Assembly: GCA_038531315.1 (NCBI GenBank)
Contig: JBCBBT010000001.1
Span: 30,469-94,468, forward strand
DNA: 64,000 bases
Reading direction: 5' to 3'
From: Pseudomonadota bacterium
GTDB taxonomy: Bacteria; Pseudomonadota; Alphaproteobacteria; Caulobacterales; Parvularculaceae
The notes under the pieces were generated by a model that ran no database searches, was not told where the DNA came from, and saw only the letters and a program-made list of their open reading frames with translations. The position numbers were made by a program, and so were the translations under genes. Positions within the stretch are counted from its first letter, which is position 1. The number at the start of each line of letters is the position of its first letter. Of the stretch, positions 61,710 to 64,000 are shown in pieces.

Positions 61710-62741
61710 ATGACCGATACCGACACATCAACCACGCCGCCTGACGCCGCAGCCGAGGACCGGTTTCGAAAACTCGCCAATGCCTATCAGATTTCCTGCG
61801 CCGTGAACGCAGCGGCGCGACTGCGGCTATACGAAAATCTGGACCATGCGCCGGTTCCGGCCAACATATTGGCGGAACGCGTTGGCGCGAGCGCCGGACC
61901 GTTTCGGCGACTACTCGATTTTTTGGCGCAACTCGGCGTGGTACGGATCAATTCCAGCGCTCACGTATCGCAAACCGACTTAACGCCGTTGCTCGCATCT
62001 GTTGACTCGATTGCAGAAGGTGATCACGCCGTCGACGCGTGGCAAGCCTTGCCCGAGGCGCTCAAAACCGACAAGACGCCTTTTGAAGTTGCGCATGGCG
62101 CGCCATTTTACGCCGTTGCGAAAAACAACGACGCCCGGGCGGCGGCCTGGATCGATCGGAACCGTCGGATCGCGGCGCGCTGGGCCGGTCCTGTGGCCGA
62201 CGCGCTTCCTTTGCGCGCTGGCGCACGGATCGCCGATCTCGGCGCCGGCAATCTGGCGCTTGCGCGCGCCGTCGCGCGCCGCCAGAACGACGCCGACATC
62301 ATTGTTGCGGACTTGCCTTTTGTCATCGAGGAACTCGGCGGCGCCGATCGATCGCCCCTCGACGACCGCCACATCAGTCTGCTCCCGTGTAATCTTCTGG
62401 AAGACCCGATCCCCGAAGCAGACGCGTTTACACTGTCACGCGTGCTCTTGAATTTCGGCGATAAAGACGTGATCGCGATCTTGCAAAAATGTCGTCAGTC
62501 GCTGCGCGAAGACGGCAGGATATTTATCGCCGAAACCCTGATGCCGGCGCCAGACGACCCGCGCCGGGCCTTCCAGGCGGCGCACGATCTTCATCTTCAC
62601 GTATTGTGGGGTAGCAAACAGCGCACCTTCGAGGCCTTCGCCGAATTGATAACTGAAGCAGGCCTCGCCCCTACAGAAACAATCGACGTTTTCGATCAGG
62701 GCCAATCTCTGTGCACCGTCGTCGTTGCAGGCCACAGATAA
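61710..62741 (+). CDS. Class I SAM-dependent O-methyltransferase (COMT/ASMT-like, with N-terminal dimerisation/winged-helix domain)
   Basis: 343 aa. An N-terminal helix-rich region is followed by a SAM motif I-like IADLGAGNLALARAV and acidic loop IVADLP. The overall pattern matches small-molecule O-methyltransferases. Confidence 0.8.
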   Translation: MTDTDTSTTPPDAAAEDRFRKLANAYQISCAVNAAARLRLYENLDHAPVPANILAERVGASAGPFRRLLDFLAQLGVVRINSSAHVSQTDLTPLLASVDSIAEGDHAVDAWQALPEALKTDKTPFEVAHGAPFYAVAKNNDARAAAWIDRNRRIAARWAGPVADALPLRAGARIADLGAGNLALARAVARRQNDADIIVADLPFVIEELGGADRSPLDDRHISLLPCNLLEDPIPEADAFTLSRVLLNFGDKDVIAILQKCRQSLREDGRIFIAETLMPAPDDPRRAFQAAHDLHLHVLWGSKQRTFEAFAELITEAGLAPTETIDVFDQGQSLCTVVVAGHR

Positions 62742-62860
62742 TACCTCAAGAAACGGACCTCGCACCGCTCCGTTCAATGGCGTTGGGTCAAGCCTGTCGG
62801 TCTTCGCCGACGGGCGGCAAGATGACCACCGATCGTCCAACGGGGCTCCACCCCCGTTGA

Positions 62861-63127
62861 AACGATCAAGCCTATGAGTATGACGCTGAAAACCGCCTCA
62901 ATAAGGTGTTCGCGTCTGCGGGCGGGGCGCAGATCGCCGGTTATTTCTACAACGCCGACGGCACCCGCCGCTATTCCAATGAGCAGACCCAGCAGCATGC
63001 GTATTACGATGGCGACCAGGAGATCTACAACACCGACGGCGCCGGCGGCTCAAACTTCGATCTCAACGACGTGATCCGCCGCTATATCCGCCTGCCCGGC
63101 CCGCGCGCGAAGCCGCGCTTTCTATAA
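62861..63127 (+). pseudogene. RHS/YD-repeat fragment (5'-truncated, ends at an in-frame TAA)
   Basis: The frame reads YEYDAENRLNKV...GYFYNADGTRRYSNEQ...YYDGDQEIYNTDG, which are YD repeats. There is no upstream RHS shell, and a stop lies at 63125-63127. The RHS reading continues in another frame from 63132. Confidence 0.65.
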
Positions 63128-63167
63128 GTAACATCGCCTTCGCGATCGGGTCGATGAAGTATTGCTG

Positions 63168-64000
63168 ATGATCGACTATGCGGCCGGCAATCCGGACGGC
63201 GGCGCAGACGGCAAAGAGGTCTGGGCCCACGCCGACCGCCTGGGCACCGTCGTCGCAACCACGGATGCGTTTGGAGTGGTCATCGACCGCTATACCTACT
63301 CCCCCTACGGAGAAGTAGGCCCGGAAGGCTCAAGCGGTTTCCCCTTCCGCTTCACCGGCCAGCGCATCGACGCCGCAACCGGGCTCTATTACTACAAAGC
63401 CCGGTATTACGCCCCCGAAGTCGGCAGATTCCTCCAGACCGATCCGATTGGGTATGAGGATCAGCAGAATTTGTATGCCTATGTCCACAACGATCCGGTG
63501 AATTCCACGGATCCTACTGGAGAATGTGGAGCTTCGCCTTATGCTTATCACCATATTCCTTTTTGCCAAGGCATTGCTTCTGTTACTCAAGCGTATGCTA
63601 ATTTTGCTCAGCACAGTTATAATCTAAGGAGTGCTGACCCTAGAGTTCGCGCCAGAGCCAAAGCCGTAAATAATGCTTTGCTCGTGGCGAGCAGGTTCTT
63701 TGCTAATAACCCTGTCGAGTCGGTCGAATTAGCTGCAAAAGGCGTTAAGGAGAATAGAGCCTTTGCTGCAGGCCGTACGGTTGCGAGTATTGGTCTCGGT
63801 GTTGCGCAAACTAGAGGCTCCGGTGCAGCTGGTGCTGCAGCGGCGGGTCTCGCGGTCGCTAATTTTTCTGTAACTCAAGTTGGTAGCGCGATAGGCGCAA
63901 TTGATGGTCTTTTTAGTAAAATTGAATCAAGAGGCTTCGACCCTTCGGCACTTTCTGATGATGCCATTGTAAATGTATTTTATGCAGGTGCTTCAGGCAT
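63168..64000 (+). CDS. RHS repeat-associated core end plus C-terminal polymorphic toxin domain (3' end outside window)
   Basis: Hand translation gives [11 protein letters not shown]...[60 protein letters not shown], followed by an unrelated AT-rich-codon domain ([16 protein letters not shown]...). The frame is open from 63132. Confidence 0.75.
   Translation, partial: MIDYAAGNPDGGADGKEVWAHADRLGTVVATTDAFGVVIDRYTYSPYGEVGPEGSSGFPFRFTGQRIDAATGLYYYKARYYAPEVGRFLQTDPIGYEDQQNLYAYVHNDPVNSTDPTGECGASPYAYHHIPFCQGIASVTQAYANFAQHSYNLRSADPRVRARAKAVNNALLVASRFFANNPVESVELAAKGVKENRAFAAGRTVASIGLGVAQTRGSGAAGAAAAGLAVANFSVTQVGSAIGAIDGLFSKIESRGFDPSALSDDAIVNVFYAGASG

Noticed and set aside
62742-62860. Frame reading ...KMTTDRPTGLHPR* just before the RHS fragment, resembling a degraded DPxGL RHS-core terminus from an earlier cassette.
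   Set aside because: This is a single short motif-like string with no flanking YD repeats, which is too weak to call.

Overview
This is a visibly GC-rich chromosome segment that looks alphaproteobacterial, based on CtrA and the gene order around the division genes. About 1-33 kb is core genome. It holds the 3' end of uvrD, prmA and an aminopeptidase P. A long minus-strand block follows: ligA, recN, bamD, lpxC, then the complete division/cell-wall (dcw) cluster ftsZ-ftsA-ftsQ-ddl-murB-murC-murG-ftsW-murD-mraY-murF-murE-ftsI-ftsL-rsmH-mraZ, then fliJ-fliI and the divergent cell-cycle regulator ctrA. About 33-50 kb holds an RND efflux pair, a patatin-like lipase, a stand-alone nrdB, a lower-GC polysaccharide module (Wzx flippase, GH-like secreted protein, Wzy/O-antigen-ligase-like protein, tandem-PilZ protein) and a nucleoside catabolism operon. 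About 50-64 kb is accessory. It starts with a TonB-dependent receptor. The most notable system follows: a compact class II lanthipeptide cluster on the minus strand, made of a 61-codon precursor with a double-glycine leader, LanM, an HlyD adaptor and a C39-peptidase ABC exporter. Next to it are a GMC flavoprotein, an O-methyltransferase and a 5'-truncated, disrupted RHS gene whose C-terminal toxin domain shows a sharp drop in GC. Regulatory signals read directly from the sequence include three perfect CtrA boxes (TTAA-N7-TTAAC) at dcw promoters or gene junctions, a three-fold TGGGN 10-bp-phased MraZ-type operator upstream of mraZ, a LacI-type palindrome upstream of the nucleoside operon, and several strong intrinsic terminators. 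In-frame 15-bp tandem repeats occur inside lpxC and fliI. I found no rRNA, tRNA, CRISPR array, transposase or integrase. All functional calls rest on motif and family recognition by eye; no searches were run.
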